Shown: piece after piece, positions 36,825 to 45,701 of the stretch
How the letters are laid out: the number at the start of each line of letters is the position of its first letter
How positions within the stretch are numbered: position 1 is the first letter of the stretch
Source of the DNA: Alphaproteobacteria bacterium
Lineage (GTDB): Bacteria > Pseudomonadota > Alphaproteobacteria > SMXS01
Direction of reading: 5' to 3'
DNA: 64,000 nt
Assembly: GCA_030836535.1 (NCBI GenBank)
Contig: JAURPT010000127.1
Location: 75 to 64,074 of the forward strand
Notes under the pieces: model-generated
Database searches by the model: none
The model's input: the letters and a program-made list of their open reading frames with translations, nothing else
What the model was told of the DNA's origin: nothing
Made by a program: the position numbers and the translations under genes

Positions 36825-37597
36825 TCCGTCAGGCGGCGCCACGGTACAACGAATACGTCATCGTCCTTTGTCCCCCGCGCCACTTCTATGCCGTAAACCT
36901 GTTGAAGATGCCTATCGCTCAATACCGTCGATGCCTCGCCATGCGCTACAAGCTCACCTTTGTCCAGCAGGACAAGCTCATCGCAATAACGTGTCGCCAA
37001 TGACAGATCGTGCATAATCACAAGCACCAATGCGCCTGACCGGGCGTAGGACTGCAAGAGCGCCATAATTTCCAGTTGGTGGGCAGGGTCAAGCGCGGCA
37101 ATAGGTTCATCCGCCAACAGAACAGGTGCTTGCACAGCCAGCGCGCGGGAAAGAAACGCCCGCGCCTGTTCGCCGCCGGAAAGCTCCAGGATGCTCCTGT
37201 CCGCCAGTGCGCGCATGTCCGTCTGCTCCAACACCTGATCAACCGCGTCCATGTCTGCTTCCGAAGGACTTTCAAAGGTTGCCAGATGCGGCGGACGACC
37301 CAACATGGCGATCTCCCGCACACTAAGGGGCCAATGCGCTACCTTTTCCTGTGCCAGATAAGATATCAACCGGGCTCGCTCCTTATTGCCCAGCGCGGTG
37401 ACATTCTTTTCGTCTAGCCGAATGCTGCCTTCGCTCGTCAGAACCCCGGCAATTGCCTTCATCAAGGTCGACTTCCCTGCCCCGTTTGGGCCGATCAGGC
37501 CAACGACCTGCCCGCTCTCCAATCGCAGGTTCATATTCTGCACGATCGGTTTGCCGCCCAGATTCACTCCCACATTTTCCAGCGTCAGCACCGTCAT
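36821..37597 (-). CDS. btuD: ABC transporter ATP-binding protein of the FecE/BtuD type, with likely cobalamin import suggested by the riboswitch
   Basis: Walker A is GPNGAGKST. The signature is LSGGEQ and Walker B is LLADEP. It is the last gene of a riboswitch-led three-gene operon. Confidence 0.85.
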   Translation of the reverse strand: MTVLTLENVGVNLGGKPIVQNMNLRLESGQVVGLIGPNGAGKSTLMKAIAGVLTSEGSIRLDEKNVTALGNKERARLISYLAQEKVAHWPLSVREIAMLGRPPHLATFESPSEADMDAVDQVLEQTDMRALADRSILELSGGEQARAFLSRALAVQAPVLLADEPIAALDPAHQLEIMALLQSYARSGALVLVIMHDLSLATRYCDELVLLDKGELVAHGEASTVLSDRHLQQVYGIEVARGTKDDDVFVVPWRRLTD

Positions 37598-38619
37598 GAC
37601 GAGAGCCGCCGCGTTTTCAGGATCAAATATAAGAAGAACGGCGCGCCGATCAGGGCGGTGAAGACACCCAGTTTCAACTCAGGGCCATGCATGGGAATGC
37701 GCACCGCAATATCGGCCAGTAATGTCAGGCAGGCGCCCGCCAAGGCGCTGGGCAACAACAAGCGCGACGGATGATGCCCCACGATAGGTCGCATCAGATG
37801 CGGCACCACAAGACCAACGAAGCCGATCACACCGGTGACGGAAACAACAGCCCCCACAGCCAGGGCTGTACCGGCTATGACACGCAGCGTTACACGAACA
37901 GGGTTAAAGCCAAGGCTACGGGCTGTATCCTGCCCCAATGTCATTGCATCCAAGGCACGGCCTGCACTGGCAATCAGCGCTCCGCCAAGGACAGCCATGG
38001 GCAATACAAACCAGACATGTTCCATGCTACGGTTTTCCAACGAGCCCATCATCCAGAAGACAACCTCCAATGCCGCAAAGGGGCTCGGCGCCATATTTAA
38101 GGCAAGAGACGTCATGGCACCTGCAAAGGCATTAATGGCAACACCGGCCAATATCAGCGTCATGATATTGGGTTTGCGGCCCGCTAAAAGGTAAAGCAGG
38201 GACAACGCTGCTACCGCCCCCAACATGCCGCCAATGGCAACAGCCTGGCCTTGTGCCATACCCAGGGTAGCCCCTGCACCGCCCAACACCGCGCCAAACG
38301 CTGGGAAATAAAAAACGGTAACAGCGCCAAAAGCTGCACCACTGGAAGCACCGATGAGACCCGGTTCCGCCAACGGGTTGCGCAGCAGGCCCTGCAAAGC
38401 TGCACCGGCGATCCCCAATACGAGGCCAACAATTACGCCAAGCAGTGCTCTTGGAAGGCGAATTTCGAGAAGGATGATGCGGGCAATGTCATCAGCATCA
38501 TTCGACAGGTCAGCCAGTACGCCACCGCGACCAATCACGACAGACAGCACGAAACTAACCGCCAGCAACCCCAAAAGCCCCAGGGTCAGGCCGATCAATT
38601 TTCCGTTGCCGGACCTCAT
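37594..38619 (-). CDS. btuC: FecCD-family ABC permease (BtuC-like)
   Basis: 341 aa and polytopic. Typical FecCD blocks are RLPRALLG, NPLAEPGLIG.SSGAA and LLPSALAGA. It overlaps both neighbours by 4 nt. Confidence 0.85.
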   Translation of the reverse strand: MRSGNGKLIGLTLGLLGLLAVSFVLSVVIGRGGVLADLSNDADDIARIILLEIRLPRALLGVIVGLVLGIAGAALQGLLRNPLAEPGLIGASSGAAFGAVTVFYFPAFGAVLGGAGATLGMAQGQAVAIGGMLGAVAALSLLYLLAGRKPNIMTLILAGVAINAFAGAMTSLALNMAPSPFAALEVVFWMMGSLENRSMEHVWFVLPMAVLGGALIASAGRALDAMTLGQDTARSLGFNPVRVTLRVIAGTALAVGAVVSVTGVIGFVGLVVPHLMRPIVGHHPSRLLLPSALAGACLTLLADIAVRIPMHGPELKLGVFTALIGAPFFLYLILKTRRLSS

Positions 38620-39506
38620 CGGACGGCACTCTCAGGAAACGCCTGTGTGATCTGTTCAACCAGATATGCAGCAGCCTCGGCAATGGTAGGCGTGCCGCAG
38701 TTCCATAATTTGGTTGGCATATGGATCACCCGCACATGCTCACTAATGCCTGCCAGCGCCGGGTGCCGTGTGATGTTTCCCGCCAATGACGGTGAATCCG
38801 GACGGTAATCACCCAGCAATAAAATATCTGGCTTGGCCAGCAACACCTCTTCAACCGTCATCGGCACCCAGCCAGCATCGTCCCCCTCGGCAGCCAGATT
38901 GGTCAGGCCAACATGGGTCAGCGTTGCGTCAAACAGGCCGGGCCGACCGGCTGAATACCCGCCGGAGCCATAGACCAATACCCTAAGGTCACGGTCCTTC
39001 AGCACATTATGGGTGGCTGCCAAATTCGCCTCGAAAGAAGTGACAATAGCCGCGCCCCGAGCTTCCCGACCTAATGTCGAAGCAATCTGGCGCACATTCT
39101 TCACGATCCCCTCATAGGTCACAGGGTCTGTCACCCGGACGACCTGCAGGCCCAGCGCATCCATCATCATGCCTGCAAGCGGTGCGTTATAGCTGCCCAG
39201 GAACACCAGTTCTGGCTTTGTCGCCAGAATTTCCTCCGCCTGGCCGTGATTGGCCGGATACCGGCTGGCCATGGCCGCCATGGAGGAATCGTCTTCTTCC
39301 TGCGTGAGCCAGTGAACCGTCGTGACCCTGTCCGGGTCTGCAATACGCAACACCAGTTGGTCGACGCACAGATTGGCCGTCGCAATTTTCTTTGGTGCCT
39401 CGGCCATAACAGGCGAGCTGGCTAGCGCGCACAATACGCCTGTGCCCAGAGCAAACGCTGCCAGACAATTTCGATAAAGGAACCTGTTAAACGCCAACAC
39501 GACCAA
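38616..39506 (-). CDS. btuF: Periplasmic substrate-binding protein (BtuF / cluster-8 type)
   Basis: It has a signal peptide with SPVMA. Its ABC periplasmic binding pattern includes KPDILLLG. It is the first gene after the cobalamin riboswitch. The start is ambiguous between TTG 39506 and GTG 39500. Confidence 0.75.
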   Translation of the reverse strand: MVVLAFNRFLYRNCLAAFALGTGVLCALASSPVMAEAPKKIATANLCVDQLVLRIADPDRVTTVHWLTQEEDDSSMAAMASRYPANHGQAEEILATKPELVFLGSYNAPLAGMMMDALGLQVVRVTDPVTYEGIVKNVRQIASTLGREARGAAIVTSFEANLAATHNVLKDRDLRVLVYGSGGYSAGRPGLFDATLTHVGLTNLAAEGDDAGWVPMTVEEVLLAKPDILLLGDYRPDSPSLAGNITRHPALAGISEHVRVIHMPTKLWNCGTPTIAEAAAYLVEQITQAFPESAVR

Positions 39507-39574
39507 CCTCTCGGATGTGTCGCCTCGGCCTGTGACCGCACCTCTTTCTACCCCGAAAAGCGGTTCGACGACGC

Positions 39575-39765
39575 GATGGCAGGTCTCCTGGCTGGCGGGT
39601 CATCGCCTTGTTACACCTTCCCGGGTCTGGCCCAGTGGTCTGTTGTAACAGGCTCGCCGCTTACAGTTGCGGGGACAGCCACGGTTGGGCTTGCGCCTTC
39701 CGTGTTCCCTTTGAAGCCCAACCAGCACCATGCCGGCCTTTGGGCACCATCGGGGCGATCATAAA
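39575..39765 (-). promoter_or_regulatory. Cobalamin (B12) riboswitch
   Basis: The minus-strand RNA reads ...GGUGCUGGUUGGGCUUCAAAGGGAACACGGAAGGCGCAAGCCCAACCGUGGCUGUCCCCGCAACUGUAAGCGGCGAGCC...GACCACUGGGCCAGACCCGGGAAGGUG...AGCCAGGAGACCUGCC. It contains the B12 box (CCCGCAACUGUAA), the AAAGGGAA element, CCACUGG..GGGAAGG and the 3' AGCCAGGAGACCUGCC. The boundaries are approximate. Confidence 0.85.
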
Positions 39766-39811
39766 GCAGCTTGGGTTCAGAAACAAAGCCCAGAAATCAG
39801 ATCGTAGACCG

Positions 39812-39848
39812 GCCACAAAAGTAAAGGGGCGACCAAAGCCGCCCCTTC
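39812..39848 (-). terminator. Rho-independent terminator of the oxidoreductase/SDR operon
   Basis: On the minus strand the sequence is AGGGGCGgctttggtCGCCCCT followed by TTTACTTTTGT. It begins 10 nt after the SDR stop. Confidence 0.65.
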
Positions 39849-39857
39849 CTGGATTAT

Positions 39858-40652
39858 TTAGCCGGAGATCAGCCGGTTCGGCGCTGGTGTCGGCGGGATC
39901 TCAATCGGATACCCCACCCATGCGCCGATATTTTCGCCAGAACGACCGTCGGCCAGCAGGTCGATCATTTGCTGGGCGATGTCTTCTGCCTTCATGACAA
40001 CTTCTGCCATGTCAGGCGGCAATTGCTTGTCCGGGAACAGGTTGCGCAGCATCGGCGTATCTGTTGCCCCCATGCACATGCCGTTAACGCGGATATTATC
40101 CTTCGCCAAATGCTTGGACCAGGCATCGGTAAAGCCGTTCAATGCCCATTTGGAGGCATTGTAAAGGTCAGTATTGGGCTGGTTGGTACCTTCTGAGCGC
40201 GCAGGCAGCACATAATAGGTAGAGATATTGACAATATCCCCACCACCACGTTCCTGCAGCTTCGGTATCGCGATCCGCGAGAGCATCAGCACACCCTTGA
40301 AGTTGGTATCCATGATGTAGTGATAATCTTCCAAAGCCTGTTCCCAGGAAGAATCCACCGGGGTTTCCCGCCAGGTCCCCGCATTGTTGACCAGGATGTC
40401 GAACCCACCAAAGTTGGCGACAGTGTCATCGATGATCCGCTGACAATCGGCCTGTTTGGAAACATCTGCGACGACACCATCGACCCGCTGGCCGGTGTCT
40501 GCAGCAATGGAGGCTGCAACATCCTTGATGCTTTCCTGCACATCAAAGGCCACAACACTGGCGCCATTTTCCGCCAGTTTGCGGGCATAGGCTTCACCGA
40601 GCCCCTGGGCTGCGCCACTGACAATGGCGACTTTTCCATCGAGATTACCCAT
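39858..40652 (-). CDS. SDR-family oxidoreductase (264 aa) with an atypical insertion before the catalytic Tyr
   Basis: The cofactor motif is GKVAIVSGAAQGLG, followed by NNAG and the catalytic YNASK. I trimmed the start to ATG 40652. It overlaps the upstream SDR stop by 8 nt. Confidence 0.85.
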   Translation of the reverse strand: MGNLDGKVAIVSGAAQGLGEAYARKLAENGASVVAFDVQESIKDVAASIAADTGQRVDGVVADVSKQADCQRIIDDTVANFGGFDILVNNAGTWRETPVDSSWEQALEDYHYIMDTNFKGVLMLSRIAIPKLQERGGGDIVNISTYYVLPARSEGTNQPNTDLYNASKWALNGFTDAWSKHLAKDNIRVNGMCMGATDTPMLRNLFPDKQLPPDMAEVVMKAEDIAQQMIDLLADGRSGENIGAWVGYPIEIPPTPAPNRLISG

Positions 40653-41535
40653 TGAGACTCTCCTCGGTGATGTAGATATGCGGTAGCGCAGGCTCCAACA
40701 CCGTGGGCCTGCCAATGCACAGATTCATATTATTGGCATTACGACCATCGGGGCCTTCCTTCAACAAATCGATAACCACCTGGGCCGAATCCTCTCTGGT
40801 CATCCAGGTATCAATGTCAGCCTTGGCCTCGGGGTTATGGTCTTCTTCATCCATAGCATAGCCAAAGAAACCGCGGATCATGTGGGAGTCGGTGGCGCCC
40901 ATGCACATGGAGTTCACCCGGATTTTGTGCGGCACCAACGCCTTGGCCCAGGCAAACATCAGACCATTCAGCGCCCATTTAGAGGCGTCATAGAGGTCCA
41001 TCACCTCACCACCGCCTGTCGGCCGGGGGGCGTCGCCCCAGGTGCAGGTTTCCAGATGTGGGCAGATTTCGTTCGGCGACCCGCAGGTTACGTGGTGGTC
41101 CGTCGCTATATTCACGATCTCTCCGCCGGCACCCTGGGCAATCATCTGGTTGATGACAGCCCGGCCCATCATGAACTCACCCTTCAGGTTCGTGCCAACA
41201 ATCCCTTCGTAATCCGCAACTGCCTTGTCGATGTCATCATCAGCCATTGTCGGCCAGATGGTCCCGGCATTGTTGATCAGGATGTCGATTGATCCCAACG
41301 CGGCAATGGAATTGTCCACGAAGCTACGCACATCATCGGAGTTGGAAACATCGGCCACCTGGGCATAGGCCTTGATGCCCATGGCTTCCAGTTCGCTTTT
41401 AAGGTCCATAATGGACTCTTCCTTGTCGCATACAGCGACATTGCAACCTTCTGCCGCAAGTGCGCGGGCATAGGCAGTGCCAATACCCAGGGCAGCGCCC
41501 GTAACAATGGCGTTCTTTCCAGCGAGATCTACCAT
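40645..41535 (-). CDS. SDR-family oxidoreductase (296 aa), paralogue of the downstream SDR, with a Cys/His-rich insertion
   Basis: The cofactor motif is GKNAIVTGAALGIG, followed by NNAG and the catalytic YDASK. The insertion is DHHVTCGSPNEICPHLETCTWGDAPRPTGGGE. Confidence 0.85.
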   Translation of the reverse strand: MVDLAGKNAIVTGAALGIGTAYARALAAEGCNVAVCDKEESIMDLKSELEAMGIKAYAQVADVSNSDDVRSFVDNSIAALGSIDILINNAGTIWPTMADDDIDKAVADYEGIVGTNLKGEFMMGRAVINQMIAQGAGGEIVNIATDHHVTCGSPNEICPHLETCTWGDAPRPTGGGEVMDLYDASKWALNGLMFAWAKALVPHKIRVNSMCMGATDSHMIRGFFGYAMDEEDHNPEAKADIDTWMTREDSAQVVIDLLKEGPDGRNANNMNLCIGRPTVLEPALPHIYITEESLNG

Positions 41536-42303
41536 CTAACGTCCTCCATCAATATCGATTGTTTGTCCAGTAATCCAATGGGCGGCAGGCGAGGCAAAAA
41601 ATGCCGCAGCCGCACCCAGATCACTGGGGTATCCAAGGCCCAGGGGGTTCTGCCCCATGGCCATTTCATCTGCCTGGTCCTGGTCCAAATTCATGGTCTC
41701 CAGCAGCATCTCTGTCACAACAATGCCGGGGCAAAGGCAATTCACGGTAATTTTCCGCGGGGCCAGCTCACGTGCAAAGGTGCGCGTCATGGCGATCACA
41801 CCATTATTGGCGGCCGAATAAGCACCAAAACCGGGGGATGCAGAATGCGCTGCCACCGATGAAATATTGATGATGCGCCCACCATCTAGCATGCGCTTGG
41901 CCGCCTGCTGGCAACCCCACCATTTCGTTTTGATGTTCAGATCGATCTGTTCATCCCACTTTTCCTCGGTAATGTCGGGTAGTGGGTGCATATGCCGGTC
42001 CAGATTGCCGCCTGCATTGTTGACCATTATGTCGACCGAGCCGAACTCGTCTTTCACACGGTCGAGCAGCGCTGGCAATTCGTCGAAGTTCAGCACATCC
42101 AGCGACACGCCCAGGCAGCGCTGGCCTGAGAGTTCTTCAATTTCCTTGGCCGCAGCTTCTACCTCTGGCATCCGCCGGGCACCGATCACCGTAGTGGCGC
42201 CGCATTCAGCAAGCGCCAAGGCAATCCCTTTGCCAATCCCTTTTGATCCGCCTGTAATGATGGCCACCTTGCCATCCAGGCGGAAGTCTTCATACATCCC
42301 CAT
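41536..42303 (-). CDS. Classical SDR (glucose/3-oxoacyl-ACP-reductase-like, 255 aa)
   Basis: The cofactor motif is GKVAIITGGSKGIG, followed by NNAG and the catalytic YSAAN. Its stop directly abuts the next start (41536/41535). Confidence 0.9.
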   Translation of the reverse strand: MGMYEDFRLDGKVAIITGGSKGIGKGIALALAECGATTVIGARRMPEVEAAAKEIEELSGQRCLGVSLDVLNFDELPALLDRVKDEFGSVDIMVNNAGGNLDRHMHPLPDITEEKWDEQIDLNIKTKWWGCQQAAKRMLDGGRIINISSVAAHSASPGFGAYSAANNGVIAMTRTFARELAPRKITVNCLCPGIVVTEMLLETMNLDQDQADEMAMGQNPLGLGYPSDLGAAAAFFASPAAHWITGQTIDIDGGR

Positions 42304-42329
42304 TTCTATTCCTCGTTGGTATTGTGTGT

Positions 42330-44495
42330 TTAGGGTAATGGATCATCCACCCGCGCCAAATTGACCGGAATAGCACTCATGCGCGGCATCCCGATGCGCG
42401 GGTCATAATCCTTTTCAACATTAGTCAACCGGCCGGTATTACTGCCGATATACATGACCTGGTCGTCAAACTCCGGGGCATCGCCAAAGGCATGCGCCAT
42501 GGAAATAACGCCGGTTCGAACATCCGGGGCTTCCTCCACCACACCCAGAATAGATGAATGGTCAGACTGAATACGCACGACATCACCATGCTTGAAGCCT
42601 GCGGCTTCCATATCTCCCGGGTTCATGAAGGCCGGGTTGTAGCGATGGTTCTTCATCAGGGCGGGGATATCCCGGCCCGAAGAATTATAGACATCGTTCA
42701 ACCGACGGCTGACCAAGCGATGGGAAAAGCTGATCGTTGCATCATAGGCGGCATCGTCAGTAACAGGCTCCGCCATCACCTCTTCGAGGTCGCCGATCAT
42801 GAATTCGTTGCCGATATCCAGTTTCTCTTCGCAATCTTCGTCCCGCGGCAGCACGCGAATGCTCTCATCGCTGAAGATATGCCCATGCGGGTACTTCTTG
42901 ACCTCAGAAAGCGGAATGCGGCTTCCAGCACAAAGCATCTCATACAGCTCGTCCGTCGTAGGCTTGTTTTCCATGTCCAGTTCCTGGCCCGCAAAGGTCA
43001 GCTGCAGCCCCATGCGTTGGGCCAGGCCATAGAACACTTCCCATTCTTCAAGCACCTGCGAACCCTCTGGCGGCTCCACCACCGTGCCTTGGTACATGGC
43101 ATAGGGTTCGGGGAAACCGGTTGAGCCGCCATAGCCCCAGACACCCTCATTGGGCTGGGTTATGGCGGGGGCTTCCAGCCCCAGCTTTGTGCCGATGACG
43201 TAATCACAAAGTTTCGCCGTGGCCGACATCTTGATATCGAGAGACACATTGAGGTCCAACGCCTTCATGGCCTCGTAGGTTTTCAGTTGGTCCGGCCAGG
43301 CGGCCATCGGGTTGCCACCCACGCTGAACAGGGCCTTTACCTGCCCTTCCCCTTCCAGCAGAATTTCGTCCGCCAGAGCGGCTGCCGTCAGGCCACCCGC
43401 ATTGTTGCTCAGGTTGCGCACCCGCAATTTCTCGCCATACCCCCAGGCGGGCGGCTTCGGCTGTGGTTGTGCCTTGCCGCGCTTTTCAGGCAGCAGCACG
43501 AAGGGGTTGGGCATCTGTTCGCCTTCGCGCATCCAACGGCCACACAGCGTGTTGATGACTAACACCAGATATTCCATCAGCGTGCCGCGCGGCGCCATGT
43601 TGGGGCCTGTACCGGCGGTCACCATGCCACGCTCGCCACCAGCAAAGGTACGTGCGGCTTCCAGCAGAATATCAGGGTCTACGTCCGCCCGCTTGGCGAC
43701 ATAATTAACCGTGTAGGGCTCTACGATACGCTTTAGGTCTTCAAATCCCGTGGTTTCGTTCTCGACAAAGTCAGCATCATAGAGCTCTTCATCAATAATG
43801 ATCTTGATGATGCCGGCCAGGATTGTCGGGTCCTCGCCCGGCTTGCACTGCACATGGACATGCGCTTTTTCGGCACATTCAGTGACACGCGGGTCGATCA
43901 CGACCATTTTCATGCCACGCTTCAACGCGTCATGCAGCCGCTTCGCCGGGTTATATTGCGGAATCCCACCCCATTTGGAGACAACCGGGTTTGCCCCGAC
44001 CAGCATCCATGTATCACTTTCAGAGAAAGGCTGTGGCCCGGCATCCCAGCGACCATGCAGGGCCATGGCGACAGGTTTGCCCGGCTGATCAATAGACCCG
44101 GAGGAGAAGCTCATACGCGAACCAATAGCGTTCATAAACGCATTGGCCATGGTAACGCCCGCCGGGTAGGGGAATGAATAGGTCGCAGAATAGAGCGCGA
44201 CAGCGCGCGGGCCGTGGTCTGCAATAATCTGTTTGAGTTGATCGGCCATTTCATCGAGCGCGGTTTCGGCGTCAATGCGACTATGGCCATCCTTGCCCCG
44301 TTTCATTGGGTGCAGGACACGTTCGGGGTTGTAGTGCTGTTGCGGCAATTGGCGGCCCTTGACGCAGGTATAGCCAAAATACATCGGGTTATGTTTGTCA
44401 CCGATGACTTTGGTTGCACGACCGTCTTCAACATTAACGCGAATGCCACAGAATGAGTGGCAAAAACGGCATATCGCCAGATGTTCCTCAGGCAC
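42330..44495 (-). CDS. Molybdopterin (Mo/W-bisPGD) oxidoreductase, cytoplasmic single-subunit type, paralogue of 12020..14185
   Basis: 721 aa. The cluster motif is C-x2-C-x3-C-x27-C (CRFCHSFC...CVKG). There is no Tat signal. It is colinear with the other copy. The start is GTG with an AAGGGGGA SD. Confidence 0.85.
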   Translation of the reverse strand: MPEEHLAICRFCHSFCGIRVNVEDGRATKVIGDKHNPMYFGYTCVKGRQLPQQHYNPERVLHPMKRGKDGHSRIDAETALDEMADQLKQIIADHGPRAVALYSATYSFPYPAGVTMANAFMNAIGSRMSFSSGSIDQPGKPVAMALHGRWDAGPQPFSESDTWMLVGANPVVSKWGGIPQYNPAKRLHDALKRGMKMVVIDPRVTECAEKAHVHVQCKPGEDPTILAGIIKIIIDEELYDADFVENETTGFEDLKRIVEPYTVNYVAKRADVDPDILLEAARTFAGGERGMVTAGTGPNMAPRGTLMEYLVLVINTLCGRWMREGEQMPNPFVLLPEKRGKAQPQPKPPAWGYGEKLRVRNLSNNAGGLTAAALADEILLEGEGQVKALFSVGGNPMAAWPDQLKTYEAMKALDLNVSLDIKMSATAKLCDYVIGTKLGLEAPAITQPNEGVWGYGGSTGFPEPYAMYQGTVVEPPEGSQVLEEWEVFYGLAQRMGLQLTFAGQELDMENKPTTDELYEMLCAGSRIPLSEVKKYPHGHIFSDESIRVLPRDEDCEEKLDIGNEFMIGDLEEVMAEPVTDDAAYDATISFSHRLVSRRLNDVYNSSGRDIPALMKNHRYNPAFMNPGDMEAAGFKHGDVVRIQSDHSSILGVVEEAPDVRTGVISMAHAFGDAPEFDDQVMYIGSNTGRLTNVEKDYDPRIGMPRMSAIPVNLARVDDPLP

Positions 44496-44746
44496 AGTAT
44501 CCCCCTTAAATTCCCCAAGCCTGAGGACTCTTGGTTACCTTCAAGCTTGACTGTTGAGCCTACGCCCGCAGATTGGCTTTGGCAAGACGGTCCATGACCT
44601 CTCTTACCCTCTTCGGCCAAAACTGATGGATCTCAGCTCCGCAAGGTCACCTATACCCGCTGACAGCATTATATTCGGCTTTCGTTTCAAGGTGGTTATG
44701 TGCCATACTCTGGTGGGATCGGCACAAGGATCAACTAGGAGGGCTC

Positions 44747-45625
44747 ATGAAAAAGCTTGCCAAACTCGCTTTCGCGGGGGCTGCCGTTTTGGCACTCGCC
44801 GCCTGTGAAACAGACAATCTCGATAGCTTTAATGCTGCACAAACTGCTTCGCCAAGTGGCAGCGCTTTCGATAACGCGCTTTACAACGGCTACACACAAC
44901 TCGCCAGTGAAGAACAGAACCCATATAGCGACTACGCACCCGATACGCTTGCTCGCGATCAGTTCTCTTCTCGGGCCTTGGCTGCCGCCGGCGGCCAGAC
45001 AGTTCTGCCAGAAATGGTCAGCGCCCGCATGCTGCCTGCCGGCGAATCAGAAGGCGCTGAAGAACTGCGCCGTCGCCTTGTTGCAGCCCTCGACGCTGGT
45101 GGCCGTGAAAAAGCCCCCGTTGCTGCTGCTCGCGCTCAGGTAATGTTCGACTGCTGGCTCGAACAGCTAGAAGAAAACTATCAGCCTGCTGATATTGCTC
45201 GCTGCCGCCAGGGTCTGAATGACGCGCTGGCCGATGTGGATGACGCCCTGCGTCCTCCGCCCCCGCCGCCTGTTGTTGAAGTTCCGAAGGCTGAACCCTT
45301 CCTGGTCTTCTTCGACCTCGACAGCTCTGAAATCACCGCTGATTCAGCTGAAATTATCCGCCGTGCTGCTGATGTAGCCCGCGCTTCGGGTGCTGCAGCT
45401 ATTGAAGTGGTCGGCCATACGGATACCTCAGGTTCCAACGCCTACAACGATGCGCTGTCTGTTCGTCGCGCAGAAGCTGTACGTGATGCACTGGTAGCCA
45501 ATGGCGTTCAGTCTGGTGCTATTTCACTCGAAGGCCGTGGTGAAAGTGACCCACTGGTCTCTACTGCCGACGGCGTGCCTGAAGAGCGTAACCGCCGCGT
45601 GCAGGGTGTCTGGATCTACCGCTAG
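44747..45625 (+). CDS. OmpA-family lipoprotein
   Basis: The lipobox is LALAAC. It has a proline hinge (PPPPPPVV). The C-terminal OmpA domain is IEVVGHTDTSGSNAYNDALSVRRAEAV. Confidence 0.85.
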   Translation: MKKLAKLAFAGAAVLALAACETDNLDSFNAAQTASPSGSAFDNALYNGYTQLASEEQNPYSDYAPDTLARDQFSSRALAAAGGQTVLPEMVSARMLPAGESEGAEELRRRLVAALDAGGREKAPVAAARAQVMFDCWLEQLEENYQPADIARCRQGLNDALADVDDALRPPPPPPVVEVPKAEPFLVFFDLDSSEITADSAEIIRRAADVARASGAAAIEVVGHTDTSGSNAYNDALSVRRAEAVRDALVANGVQSGAISLEGRGESDPLVSTADGVPEERNRRVQGVWIYR

Positions 45626-45701
45626 AACCAGCACATAGAAACAAGAAAGGCGCGCCTTTTTTTATGGGCCGTCGCCGGGTAACTGCTCCGCAGTGAAGGT
45701 C

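Noticed and set aside
45646-45663. The palindrome aaaGGCGCGCCttttttt after the OmpA-family gene as a terminator
   Set aside because: The stem is at most 5 bp with a 4-nt loop, which is too weak to call confidently. It may still act as a terminator between the convergent genes.
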